Made by a program: the position numbers and the translations under genes. A stretch of DNA of 64,000 nucleotides from an uncultured virus (IMG/VR IMGVR_UViG_3300029448_000016) (Duplodnaviria > Heunggongvirae > Uroviricota > Caudoviricetes), in the IMG/VR virus record IMGVR_UViG_3300029448_000016; one strand, written 5' to 3'. A model generated the notes under the pieces. It saw nothing but the letters and a program-made list of their open reading frames with translations. It did no database searches and was not told the DNA's origin. Shown piece after piece: positions 49,507 through 57,686 of the stretch. How positions within the stretch are numbered: the first letter of the stretch is position 1; each line of letters opens with the position of its first letter.

Positions 49507-49641
49507 TGTTGCCTCATTTAGCTAACATAAGGTTAGTATAGAGCACCTTAAAGAATGCTTTATTAGTCATGCTCTATAAACCATGCTATATTATATATCC
49601 CTTTAGAGATATATAAAGCTTTGCTAAATGGGGCTTAATGC

Positions 49642-49746
49642 TTAGATAGTCTTCATGTTGCACATAATACAACGTCCTTTACCAAAACCATCTTCAGCTA
49701 TAGAAATTCTCTTTCCACAATCGATACACTTTCTATTCGCTAACAC
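49642..49746 (-). CDS. Zn-finger micro-protein (34 aa, CIDC...CIMC)
   Basis: Hand-translated; GTG start. Confidence 0.45.
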   Translation of the reverse strand: MLANRKCIDCGKRISIAEDGFGKGRCIMCNMKTI

Positions 49747-49849
49747 GTTTCAGTTCGTTCATCCCTAAGCCTTGACCACAATGAGGACAATTAAATTTAT
49801 TAACTTTCTTCATTCCGATGTAGTTCTTACCACATCTTATACATCTCAT
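49733..49849 (-). CDS. Zn-ribbon micro-protein (38 aa, CIRC...CPHC)
   Basis: Hand-translated; ATGA overlap with the upstream ORF. Confidence 0.55.
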   Translation of the reverse strand: MRCIRCGKNYIGMKKVNKFNCPHCGQGLGMNELKRVSE

Positions 49850-50115
49850 TCTTTAGTCATTCCTCTCTGTTTGTTCATCAGTTCTTTGAGAGCTGTTTCG
49901 TGTTCTGTCTCTTCGTCATCTATCATTTCGTTTTCCATCGTCATATCATATAGATACTTCCGGACTAACTTAATAGATTCTTTAACTGAGTCATTGTCAG
50001 TTGTGTCAGCGATATAGAAATCCATATCATCCAACATCATTCTAGCCACCTTCGGGCTACACCAGTCTAACAGTATCTTATAGAACTGTATTGCGTCACT
50101 TTTGTTTGTCACCAT
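49846..50115 (-). CDS. Hypothetical protein
   Basis: Track ORF; GGAG SD. Confidence 0.6.
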   Translation of the reverse strand: MVTNKSDAIQFYKILLDWCSPKVARMMLDDMDFYIADTTDNDSVKESIKLVRKYLYDMTMENEMIDDEETEHETALKELMNKQRGMTKE

Positions 50116-50208
50116 TTTTGTTTGCTCCGTATTTACGTGGTCTTATCATAAGTTTCTTAGTTCGGTTCATACCGAATACCTTATCTAACCACACTATTAA
50201 TTCTCTTA

Positions 50209-50646
50209 TCATTGTTTCTTCTCCGGTGGCCAATAGTATTCATACTCGTTTATGATTGCGAGGTCCGTTTGTGCATCGGCATCGAAGTGCTGTTTATAAA
50301 AGTCGTAATCCTTACGTAATAGGTTCATTCGATGCGACTTGTGCAGTTCCGGATAGCCTAACCATGAGGGGAATACTATCGGCTCTTCTATTGTGTATAG
50401 TTGCATTGTGTTGTTATATCCACGTGCAACCCACTCTTCTATCATTACGTTAGTGTAATGTTTGAGTGCTGTCTCGTAACCACGCCACATTAAACGTGCT
50501 GGGTGGTTAAGCCAACCTTTCTTATCATAGTCTGGACTGAGTGAGTTGATGAGCTGAAGGCCCTCGACTCTCTGCTTACCTAGACGACGATAGTCTAAAA
50601 GTTTGGCTGCTGTTCTAAAGTTTTTTGTTGGTAGAAATGTTTGCAT
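50209..50646 (-). CDS. Pyrimidine-dimer DNA glycosylase (DenV/MSMEG_6728-like)
   Basis: MQTFLP...LDYRRLGKQRVE...NHPA..MW...SHR.NLLRKD...Y.WP. Confidence 0.85.
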   Translation of the reverse strand: MQTFLPTKNFRTAAKLLDYRRLGKQRVEGLQLINSLSPDYDKKGWLNHPARLMWRGYETALKHYTNVMIEEWVARGYNNTMQLYTIEEPIVFPSWLGYPELHKSHRMNLLRKDYDFYKQHFDADAQTDLAIINEYEYYWPPEKKQ

Positions 50647-50702
50647 ATTATCAATTCCGTTTCATTATAATTCAATATATATCAAATAGTATATAAAGCT
50701 TT

Positions 50703-50841
50703 TGGTGCACGAACTGAGAGCGGCTTCTCATAACCTTTCATCGCTATGCGACGTTCTCGGTTGTATAACTGTCCTACTCTCTTTACATTATATAAAGCGT
50801 GGCCTGTATACAGTTGAGATTCAAAACTCAATCGTTCGTGC
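50703..50841 (-). ncRNA. tRNA-like cloverleaf ending in ACCA (non-canonical)
   Basis: 8-bp acceptor GCACGAAC/GTTCGTGC plus ACCA; stacked TGAGA/TCTCA arm; TTGAG/CTCAA and TGTATA/TATACA arms; no TTC loop. Confidence 0.35.
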
Positions 50842-51006
50842 GTTTGGTGGGATATAAGCTAAGACAATGAGCAAACCGACCAAGATTAAAATAATAATCT
50901 TAACTTATACCCTGTCACCCTCAGCCCACCATCATTAGGATTACCATCCATATGATTATGAAGAAAGCAAATAGCATATACCACTCAGCTTCTTGCATGT
51001 CTTCAT

Positions 51007-53124
51007 TCATACTTTTATTACCCTTCTTATTATTTTACTAACTGTGCCGGATAGTTCAGCAGTGTCCTCAATGATTACATAGTTCTTAAACATCTCTCTC
51101 ATAGCTGACTCACGTGCTCCAGTAATACCTAATTCTATTATGTTCCAACCTTGACCTTCTAAATGAGACACTACTTTCTTAACATGAGGAACTCCAACAT
51201 GATACCGGTAATCTTTAGCTGATGGTTCACCGTCTGATATAACAATCATAAGTTTATTACTACCCATTGATGGTGACTCAGCTTTGACTCTCTCGGCTGA
51301 TGCTAAGATAGCCATACCATCTCGGTTCTCGGAACGTGCTCTCATAGCACCAATAGCTTTGATATCATTTTGATAGGTTGGTGACCAGTAACAAGACATG
51401 TTTGTCTCACCGGTGCCATCCCAATCGTATCCGTCGGCTGTATGACCGAACACCCATAGGTTGAGGGCTTGATTATCTTTTAAGGCTTCTCGTAATGCTA
51501 AGGCAGTCTGACGTGCTTTAGCCATCTTATATGAACCCATACTACCTGACTCGTCAACTAAGAGACACACGTCTAATGGTTTGTCTTCATCTATAATAGT
51601 ATTCTTGAATAAGTCTGGCCTACCGAGAGGTATTTTATGTAACATCTTCTTGTCTAACTTACCTCTTCGTTGGTTACGAATAGTATATTTGTTAGTATTA
51701 CCAAAGAGTTGTATACGTCTTTTTAGTTGACCAATGGCTGGTTTCATACGAGCTAAGTCTTTGTCATAACCGAAGTTACCATCTTCATTACTACGTTGGT
51801 TACGCCATGTTACTTTAGTTCCTTTCCTTAAACCGAGAGCTTTACTAGTATCCCACTTTTCCTCAGAATACTCAGTATCTTCTAACTCTTTGATTTGTTT
51901 ATCTAAATAAGAATCAATATCTGACATGCCTTTAGCGTAATCAGCTAACTCTTTAGGCATACTTGCCTCACCATCTCGAACTGTTGAACGAACTGAGTGT
52001 CTTCTTTCATACTCTACGTCTAATTTAATATCTTCTATAAGTTTATCCATCATCTTACCTTTAACTTCTTCAGTTAATGCATCCTCACCACCCCAGTCGT
52101 TGATGATTGACTCATACTTTTCAGCAGCTCGACGCTCAGCTTCTTCTTTCGGCGACTCATCTGATGCTTCAGACTTAGCTAAATCTTTAGCCAACTGAAC
52201 CATATACTCATACACTGCTTGTATTGCAACGAGACTGGACGCTCGGTCTGTATATGCTGGAGCTAAGGCTCTAGCAAAGAACTGAATATGTTTAGCATGT
52301 TTCTTTTTACGCTCAGCATCTAAAGCTGAGGGAAACCTAACTAAAGATAATAGTGTATTCAAAACATTACCGAACTCACTGTCACCCTCAGCCATCTTTT
52401 CACCATGCTTCTCAAAGTAATGGGTTTTAACTTTTTCGATGTAACTAGTAAAACCACCATGTGTTTTAGCTAACTGAGACTCTATATACTCATCTTCGAT
52501 TATGTTACCAATATTGTGTAACAAACTCTGTTGCCATGTCAAGAGGTCTTTGTCTCTACCATAGGTGCGTTCCCAACTAAGTAATGGTTTACTGTGAACT
52601 AAATGTAACTTCTCGTGTATAGCTAGTCCGGCTACTACATCTAACTTATCATCATTATCCTCTAACAGAGAACCGTCAACATATATGAGCCCACGATTAA
52701 TACTAGAGTAACTACTATCAGTTGAGTAGTTTAGAGTATGCTTCACTGTTGGGTCTACAACTTTACAAAGAGAATCTAAATGTCTTTTATTCTTTAACAT
52801 TCTAGTCTTCTTATCTGACTGAGATGAGGAATGACCCCACATAGAGGTCATAGCACTAACGCCTCTGTTCCACCATGAACCACCACTACCCCACGTATAA
52901 CCTGAGGTGCGACCATAAAGGTCACCACTGGCTGAGACAGTTGGTGCAGTTGAACTATAAGCAGTTGCTACTGCTGGGCTAATGAATGGGTCGACTGATT
53001 TATATTTGATACCACATGCTTTACAGTTACCATGACCATCGTCATCAGTCCAGTCATCACATGCGTCACAGAAGTCATCCTCTGTGTCCTCAGCCCACTC
53101 GTCTATTGAATGTCCGTAATCCAT
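51007..53124 (-). CDS. VWA-domain protein (CobT-like) with N-terminal Zn ribbon and HExxH motif
   Basis: MIDAS DESGSM and ISDG; HEKLH; CDAC/CKAC. Confidence 0.88.
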   Translation of the reverse strand: MDYGHSIDEWAEDTEDDFCDACDDWTDDDGHGNCKACGIKYKSVDPFISPAVATAYSSTAPTVSASGDLYGRTSGYTWGSGGSWWNRGVSAMTSMWGHSSSQSDKKTRMLKNKRHLDSLCKVVDPTVKHTLNYSTDSSYSSINRGLIYVDGSLLEDNDDKLDVVAGLAIHEKLHLVHSKPLLSWERTYGRDKDLLTWQQSLLHNIGNIIEDEYIESQLAKTHGGFTSYIEKVKTHYFEKHGEKMAEGDSEFGNVLNTLLSLVRFPSALDAERKKKHAKHIQFFARALAPAYTDRASSLVAIQAVYEYMVQLAKDLAKSEASDESPKEEAERRAAEKYESIINDWGGEDALTEEVKGKMMDKLIEDIKLDVEYERRHSVRSTVRDGEASMPKELADYAKGMSDIDSYLDKQIKELEDTEYSEEKWDTSKALGLRKGTKVTWRNQRSNEDGNFGYDKDLARMKPAIGQLKRRIQLFGNTNKYTIRNQRRGKLDKKMLHKIPLGRPDLFKNTIIDEDKPLDVCLLVDESGSMGSYKMAKARQTALALREALKDNQALNLWVFGHTADGYDWDGTGETNMSCYWSPTYQNDIKAIGAMRARSENRDGMAILASAERVKAESPSMGSNKLMIVISDGEPSAKDYRYHVGVPHVKKVVSHLEGQGWNIIELGITGARESAMREMFKNYVIIEDTAELSGTVSKIIRRVIKV

Positions 53125-53570
53125 TGTTCTACCTTTTTTACTTCATCTTCTTCTTCAGCTATGAACTTGAACTGAAAACATTCAAGAGTTCTCTTAGCTG
53201 AACCTACACTACAATTATATATAAACATATCTTCAGCTGAGACTAACTGGTGAGCTAACTTAGTAGCTTCGTTCTTACCCATAGTTGGTCTATCTGGAAG
53301 AATTAAATCTTCTTGATTGACTATTCTTCTTTTGTATGCACCGATGTGTCTACCATTGATATCAGTCTCGGGGAACACATCTTGAATGATGCGTGAACAC
53401 ATGGCTGGTTTGAATCCACTGAGAATTAATATCTTAGCCAAACCATGCCAGTATGTGTGTTTTACTCTACTCATAAATATACTCCGGTTCTCGGTTATCA
53501 AAGTCTGAGACGAGCTGAGAAAGGATGCCATATATAATACTCTCTTCGTATGAGTCACCCATAGGTTCAA
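53103..53570 (-). CDS. Hypothetical protein (true start may be 53474)
   Basis: Track ORF. Confidence 0.55.
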   Translation of the reverse strand: MNLWVTHTKRVLYMASFLSSSQTLITENRSIFMSRVKHTYWHGLAKILILSGFKPAMCSRIIQDVFPETDINGRHIGAYKRRIVNQEDLILPDRPTMGKNEATKLAHQLVSAEDMFIYNCSVGSAKRTLECFQFKFIAEEEDEVKKVEQWITDIQ

Positions 53571-53639
53571 AGGTCGTGAAGTAGTCAGCTAAGACACTGA
53601 ACTCTTCTAAGGTTAAACCTACTACGAACTTAGGCACTC

Positions 53640-54596
53640 TTAGTCCCCCATTGATTGAATGACCTGTATAACTCTGACACGTTCTGAGTCATCACCAGCT
53701 TGAACTGGGTAGAACGGTAGACAGGTGTGTTTGAGTGCTTCGATTAAACTCATGCCGTCAACTACTAACTCTGAGACTGCAAGACACATACGTGTTGAGA
53801 CTGCTGTAGTTAGTTCGTCTGAGTTGTGTAAGTCGCGAACTCGCTTAGCAAAGTCTACAATCTTTTCAGCACTGTATTTGTCCAGCTGAGGGTTACGAAT
53901 CATAATTAATTCCATCTCTTTCTTCATAGGTAGGTATTCTAACTCATAGATACCACCAGTGAATCTATCTTTCCATGCTCGGTCTAAGTCATGAGATGCA
54001 CCGAGATACTCTCTACCTATATTAGCAGTAGCGTAAAAGAATGCTTTCTTATTGACTGAGACACTGTCAGCGTCTTCACTCTCATCAAGAGCTAAATACT
54101 TTTGACCATCTAAAACTGGCATAAGAATGTTAGCAAGGTCACCTGTTCGGTCACGAGTAACCTCATCTAACATAATGAAGGAATTACTTTGGATTGCGTT
54201 AACAAACCGAGAAGGCTTGAACCACGTTCCTGCTTCCTTATCATATTTAGTATCACCCAGCAACTTAGCTGAGGGATTCATAGTATCACCAAAGTTAAAA
54301 GAGTAAAACTCTTTGTTGGTAATACCAGCTAATATCTTACCGAGACTAGACTTACCACAACCGGATGGTCCGGTGATGAGGATGTTCTTACCTCGATATA
54401 TATTGCGTAACATTGTATAGAAAGTAATATTGTCAGCAAACTTAAACTCTTCAGGTATCTGAACTGAGCCTTTAAGCTTAGACATGACTGTCTCTTTCTC
54501 AACTACTGGTTCCGGTTCACTGGCCGGTGCCTCTTCTATCTCGGGAGTATCTGACATTAAGTCATCAATTCCTCTGTGTCGGTATTCTTCACTCAT
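53640..54596 (-). CDS. MoxR/CbbQ/CobS-type AAA+ ATPase
   Basis: GPSGCGKS, MLDEV, ATAN, LDRAWKDRF and STR; start set at 54596 from TATA spacing (54620-54627). Confidence 0.9.
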   Translation of the reverse strand: MSEEYRHRGIDDLMSDTPEIEEAPASEPEPVVEKETVMSKLKGSVQIPEEFKFADNITFYTMLRNIYRGKNILITGPSGCGKSSLGKILAGITNKEFYSFNFGDTMNPSAKLLGDTKYDKEAGTWFKPSRFVNAIQSNSFIMLDEVTRDRTGDLANILMPVLDGQKYLALDESEDADSVSVNKKAFFYATANIGREYLGASHDLDRAWKDRFTGGIYELEYLPMKKEMELIMIRNPQLDKYSAEKIVDFAKRVRDLHNSDELTTAVSTRMCLAVSELVVDGMSLIEALKHTCLPFYPVQAGDDSERVRVIQVIQSMGD

Positions 54597-54644
54597 TGTT
54601 GTATCCATAGTGTTTAGGGTATTTAAAGGTTTCCCTATTCCTTC

Positions 54645-54989
54645 TCAGTTCGCCCTCCCACGTCTGATGAGAGTTCTGTCAACTCTGGACTTATCGTATC
54701 CATAGGTTCTCTTTCCGTGTATTCCGGACGAGGTGCCTTTGACTTCATATTTGCGAACTGTGTTTGTAATCTTATTTACATCTTCAGGTTCCATTGTGCT
54801 GAGAGCGTCAATGAACTTTCCTAAGTTCTGACTCACAGACCAAGCGTTATCCTCTACATTATCAAATGAAGCGGAGAGGAATTCTCTCAACACAGTGAAA
54901 CGATTATCTTTAATTGACTGCACACTTAACAAAGGAACTCTGTCAGTATGCTGAGTCATGAAGTTATTGAACTTCTCTATTGGGTTCAT
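54645..54989 (-). CDS. Hypothetical protein
   Basis: Track ORF. Confidence 0.6.
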   Translation of the reverse strand: MNPIEKFNNFMTQHTDRVPLLSVQSIKDNRFTVLREFLSASFDNVEDNAWSVSQNLGKFIDALSTMEPEDVNKITNTVRKYEVKGTSSGIHGKRTYGYDKSRVDRTLIRRGRAN

Positions 54990-55095
54990 AGTCCACCTTC
55001 TATATGAAAGTTTACTAAACAGTGTTCACAACATGATGCATTTATTTCATGTCCACCGTTATCAGCCCAAGAATATTCACCACAGTCTGAACAAA

Positions 55096-55386
55096 TCATT
55101 GTTTCCTCACTGTAACAAATGTAGCGTTCTTAGTTTGGTTGTTTACTTTCTGAGACAACCATTTGTCTATACCTATTTCATGTATGTAATCTACTGTGTC
55201 TGAGTAGACACCGTAAGTGAGACAGTGATGTGGTTTCGGAGCGTGTTCGAAATACTTCTCAGTTGCTCTAATCTTTTTGGCTTTAATTGTGGAACCATCT
55301 ACAGTAGAGGTTCTAGTCATCAACTGTTGTAGTTGACGTGGCGTTAATTGTTTTAGCGTTGCAGCTAATTGGTCGACTTTTGTCAT
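55096..55386 (-). CDS. Hypothetical protein (leaderless, MTKVDQL...)
   Basis: Promoter AAACCTTTATATAC at 55408-55421 lies about 22 nt before ATG 55386. Confidence 0.6.
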   Translation of the reverse strand: MTKVDQLAATLKQLTPRQLQQLMTRTSTVDGSTIKAKKIRATEKYFEHAPKPHHCLTYGVYSDTVDYIHEIGIDKWLSQKVNNQTKNATFVTVRKQ

Positions 55387-55490
55387 CTTATTCAGATAGT
55401 ATAGAGGGTATATAAAGGTTTCCCCTCTTGAACTGAGAGCCCAGCACGAAAAATGAACTGAGTATAAAAAACGGGGGGCTTTTTCATGCA

Positions 55491-55503
55491 AAACCTTATA
55501 TAG
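55491..55503 (+). promoter_or_regulatory. Divergent BRE-TATA promoter firing into non-coding DNA
   Basis: AAACCTTATATAG; no downstream ORF. Confidence 0.5.
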
Positions 55504-55578
55504 TTCAGCTTCCCTATATTAACTATATTAAGATATAGATTAGTTATGCTATAGTATTGCTATAAGTAAAGAGACTAA

Positions 55579-55656
55579 TAGAGCATGCTTAGTTTAGCAC
55601 TCTTATGTCTTAGTATAGCATGGTTAGTAGAGCATGTTTAGTAGAGCATTCTTAAT
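55579..55656 (+). repeat. 14-bp periodic TAGAGCATGYTTAG repeats
   Basis: Three tandem copies at 55614-55655 plus one at 55579. Confidence 0.7.
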
Positions 55657-55960
55657 ATAGGCTTCTTAATTACTTACTCTACTTTGTCGCATGAACACAT
55701 TTCATCGCGAACTAAGAACTTAAACTGGTTTTAGTTTGGGTTTTAAGCCCTACTAAGCACTTTTATTTTCTCATTGGGGCCTACGGTTGTGCTCAGTGGA
55801 GCCCTGAGCCCGACTGAGACAGTTTCTCACTGTGCTTTACGGACCTCCCCTGTTTCTTTATAGAGCCAACTGAGCAATGTTTTCTCACCTCGCCTTACCG
55901 AGCTTTCTCACGAAGGTTTAAAGCTCAACTGAGAGCCCACGAGCTGAGTAGAGCGAAGAA

Positions 55961-55980
55961 GTTTCACTCGAGTGGAAAAA
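55961..55980. promoter_or_regulatory. Palindrome copy 5 without an adjacent TATA box
   Basis: GTTTCACTCGAGTGGAAAAA. Confidence 0.6.
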
Positions 55981-55999
55981 TAAAATTTATAAAAAATAA

Positions 56000-56220
56000 T
56001 AGGATGAGTAGGAGGATTTATTGTATACCTCCAAAGGGTTTATGCCACTACAAAGTAGAACCCTTACCAGCTTTGCATCCCTCCAGCAGTCGCTTCTCGG
56101 TTTGCGCAGTTCTGTGCCTTAGTCCGTGGCGGACTTGTTCGGCCATACTCGATTACGGAAGAGCTACTTCCATAAATATAAGGTGGGTAGTTGTTCGAGA
56201 TACCCAGCTCGATTACTGAT
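56000..56220 (-). ncRNA. Candidate structured RNA (cassette 4 trailer)
   Basis: At least five short helices and an internal duplicated motif. Confidence 0.35.
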
Positions 56221-56223
56221 TGC

Positions 56224-56556
56224 CTATTTAATTAGACCTGCCTTTTTCATAGCTTTCTTCAAATCAGCTTCTGACATCTTACCTGATGCAAGAGCAGCAA
56301 CAACAGAGTCCACTGAAGGAGCTTTGCCAGTTACTTTTCTTTGTGATTGAAGTTCATGTGTGCGTGATGCAACCATAGATGCAGTTTTATCATTTGCAGA
56401 TATTACATCGCAAATGGCAACGAGTGCATCATACTTTACACCAGTAGGATATCTTTCGGAAGTTCCTACTTTTTCTATTCCTAGTGAGTCCAATAAAGAA
56501 CTCACGAGCTTTTCATCCTTTGGTGCCCAAAGGTAATCCATCTTGGCCTTAGTCAT
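56224..56556 (-). CDS. Hypothetical protein (leaderless)
   Basis: Track ORF; AAGCTTAAATAG promoter at 56576-56587. Confidence 0.7.
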   Translation of the reverse strand: MTKAKMDYLWAPKDEKLVSSLLDSLGIEKVGTSERYPTGVKYDALVAICDVISANDKTASMVASRTHELQSQRKVTGKAPSVDSVVAALASGKMSEADLKKAMKKAGLIK

Positions 56557-56585
56557 AATATACCATCCGCTAGTGCTATTTAAGC

Positions 56586-56822
56586 TTATCCCCTGCTGAT
56601 GACTTGACGAAGTTCGTATTGCTCAAAGACGTCTGGATTAGATAATCTCACAGAGTCTGCAATTTCTTGATGGCTTCCTCGGCTACCAGTGCCAACCGGA
56701 ATCATTTCTTTATACATTCCATACTTACCGTATGGGGTAGTGCCCACTTCTACGAAGAAGTCGACTTCTTTCTCACTGCGACCCTTCCATGGAAGAGACG
56801 TCTTGGTCTGAATTCTGTTCAT
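56586..56822 (-). CDS. Hypothetical protein (leaderless)
   Basis: Track ORF; promoter at 56843-56875. Confidence 0.7.
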   Translation of the reverse strand: MNRIQTKTSLPWKGRSEKEVDFFVEVGTTPYGKYGMYKEMIPVGTGSRGSHQEIADSVRLSNPDVFEQYELRQVISRG

Positions 56823-56842
56823 GTATAACCAAGGGAGGGGGT

Positions 56843-56875
56843 CTATATAAAGGTTTTTTCACACGAGTGGAAAAA
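56843..56875 (-). promoter_or_regulatory. Palindrome + BRE-TATA promoter repeat, copy 4
   Basis: TTTTCCACTCGTGTGAAAAAACCTTTATATAG. Confidence 0.85.
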
Positions 56876-56884
56876 GATGCAACT

Positions 56885-57290
56885 TCACCCAAGGCTCTAA
56901 TTAGAATTTAAAGCCTACCTTGGGGAGCGGTTGCCTGAGGGCGCGACAATCTTCATAGGTAGCGCCACACGTGGGGTGACCTGTCGCCAGTCAAAAGCCG
57001 AAGCTTCACGAAAGGCGAACACAAACAGAACAGGTGTGATGCAGCATAGCGAATACGAGAAGACATATAACAGGGACAAAGTGATTCAAAGGTGATACAT
57101 AATGTTAGCTACACGTCTTTAATCAACTAAGATGGCCATAGACCGGCAAGGGATTGGTCAGCACTGTTCAGCTAATGTTTGTTATTTTGTCTTTCGTATT
57201 TGGCGTATGGTCGATTTTGTTTCTTTGTCAGGTCACGGTGTTACAGCTGATAACTGTAAGTGAGCGGGGGTAATTTGGGCTCCCCGCTCT
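56885..57290 (-). ncRNA. Candidate ~410-nt structured ncRNA with its own promoter
   Basis: TATA at 57311-57323 with the same TTGGTTATAC initiator context as neighbouring genes but no ATG; nested long-range helices; C(UUCG)G hairpin. Confidence 0.55.
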
Positions 57291-57314
57291 GTATAACCAA
57301 TAGGGTATGCCTAT

Positions 57315-57584
57315 TTAAGCTTTGCCCCTTACAAAGTCAATTACTTCATTTGGGACTTTAGTTCCATATTTTTTAATCTCAGAGACATAGACATCACCAA
57401 GTTCGAATTCTCCGTAAGTGAAATTACTTTTCACCGCACAGAACCAACGAGCGTGAGCGTTCTTTGCTTCGTTTTCTTCGTTTTGGTATTTCTTTAATAC
57501 TCTCCATTCAAAGCCATTAGCTCCAGTCCAGACCTCGTATGGGTCGTCAGCACTACGGGATTTACCGCACATGTTTTTAGTCAT
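57315..57584 (-). CDS. Conserved phage protein (EFELGDVY motif, DUF2958-like)
   Basis: Track ORF; leaderless behind repeat copy 3. Confidence 0.7.
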   Translation of the reverse strand: MTKNMCGKSRSADDPYEVWTGANGFEWRVLKKYQNEENEAKNAHARWFCAVKSNFTYGEFELGDVYVSEIKKYGTKVPNEVIDFVRGKA

Positions 57585-57604
57585 ACAATACCAAGTGTGG
57601 GGGT

Positions 57605-57636
57605 CTATATAAAGGTTTTTTCACATGAGTGGAAAA
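57605..57636 (-). promoter_or_regulatory. Palindrome + BRE-TATA promoter repeat, copy 3
   Basis: TTTTCCACTCATGTGAAAAAACCTTTATATAG. Confidence 0.85.
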
Positions 57637-57639
57637 GGC

Positions 57640-57661
57640 GGGGGAGAGGCTCTACTCCCCC
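57640..57661 (-). terminator. GC-rich hairpin before the palindrome T-run
   Basis: GGGGGAG-N8-CTCCCCC. Confidence 0.45.
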
Positions 57662-57686
57662 TGAGGTGTCCGAAAACTTGCGAAAA

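Noticed and set aside
55387..55491. N-terminal extension of track ORF 55096..55491
   Set aside because: It runs through the gene's own promoter; ATG 55386 fits the leaderless spacing.
56004..56350. Plus-strand ORFs 56004..56219 and 56126..56350
   Set aside because: They oppose the local transcription direction, and one is antisense to a better-supported gene.
56885..57290. SRP RNA, RNase P RNA or tmRNA identity for the long ncRNA
   Set aside because: I could not find the SRP helix-8 motif, the RNase P GAGGAAAGUCC / CR-V motifs, or a tmRNA T-loop with a CCA end.
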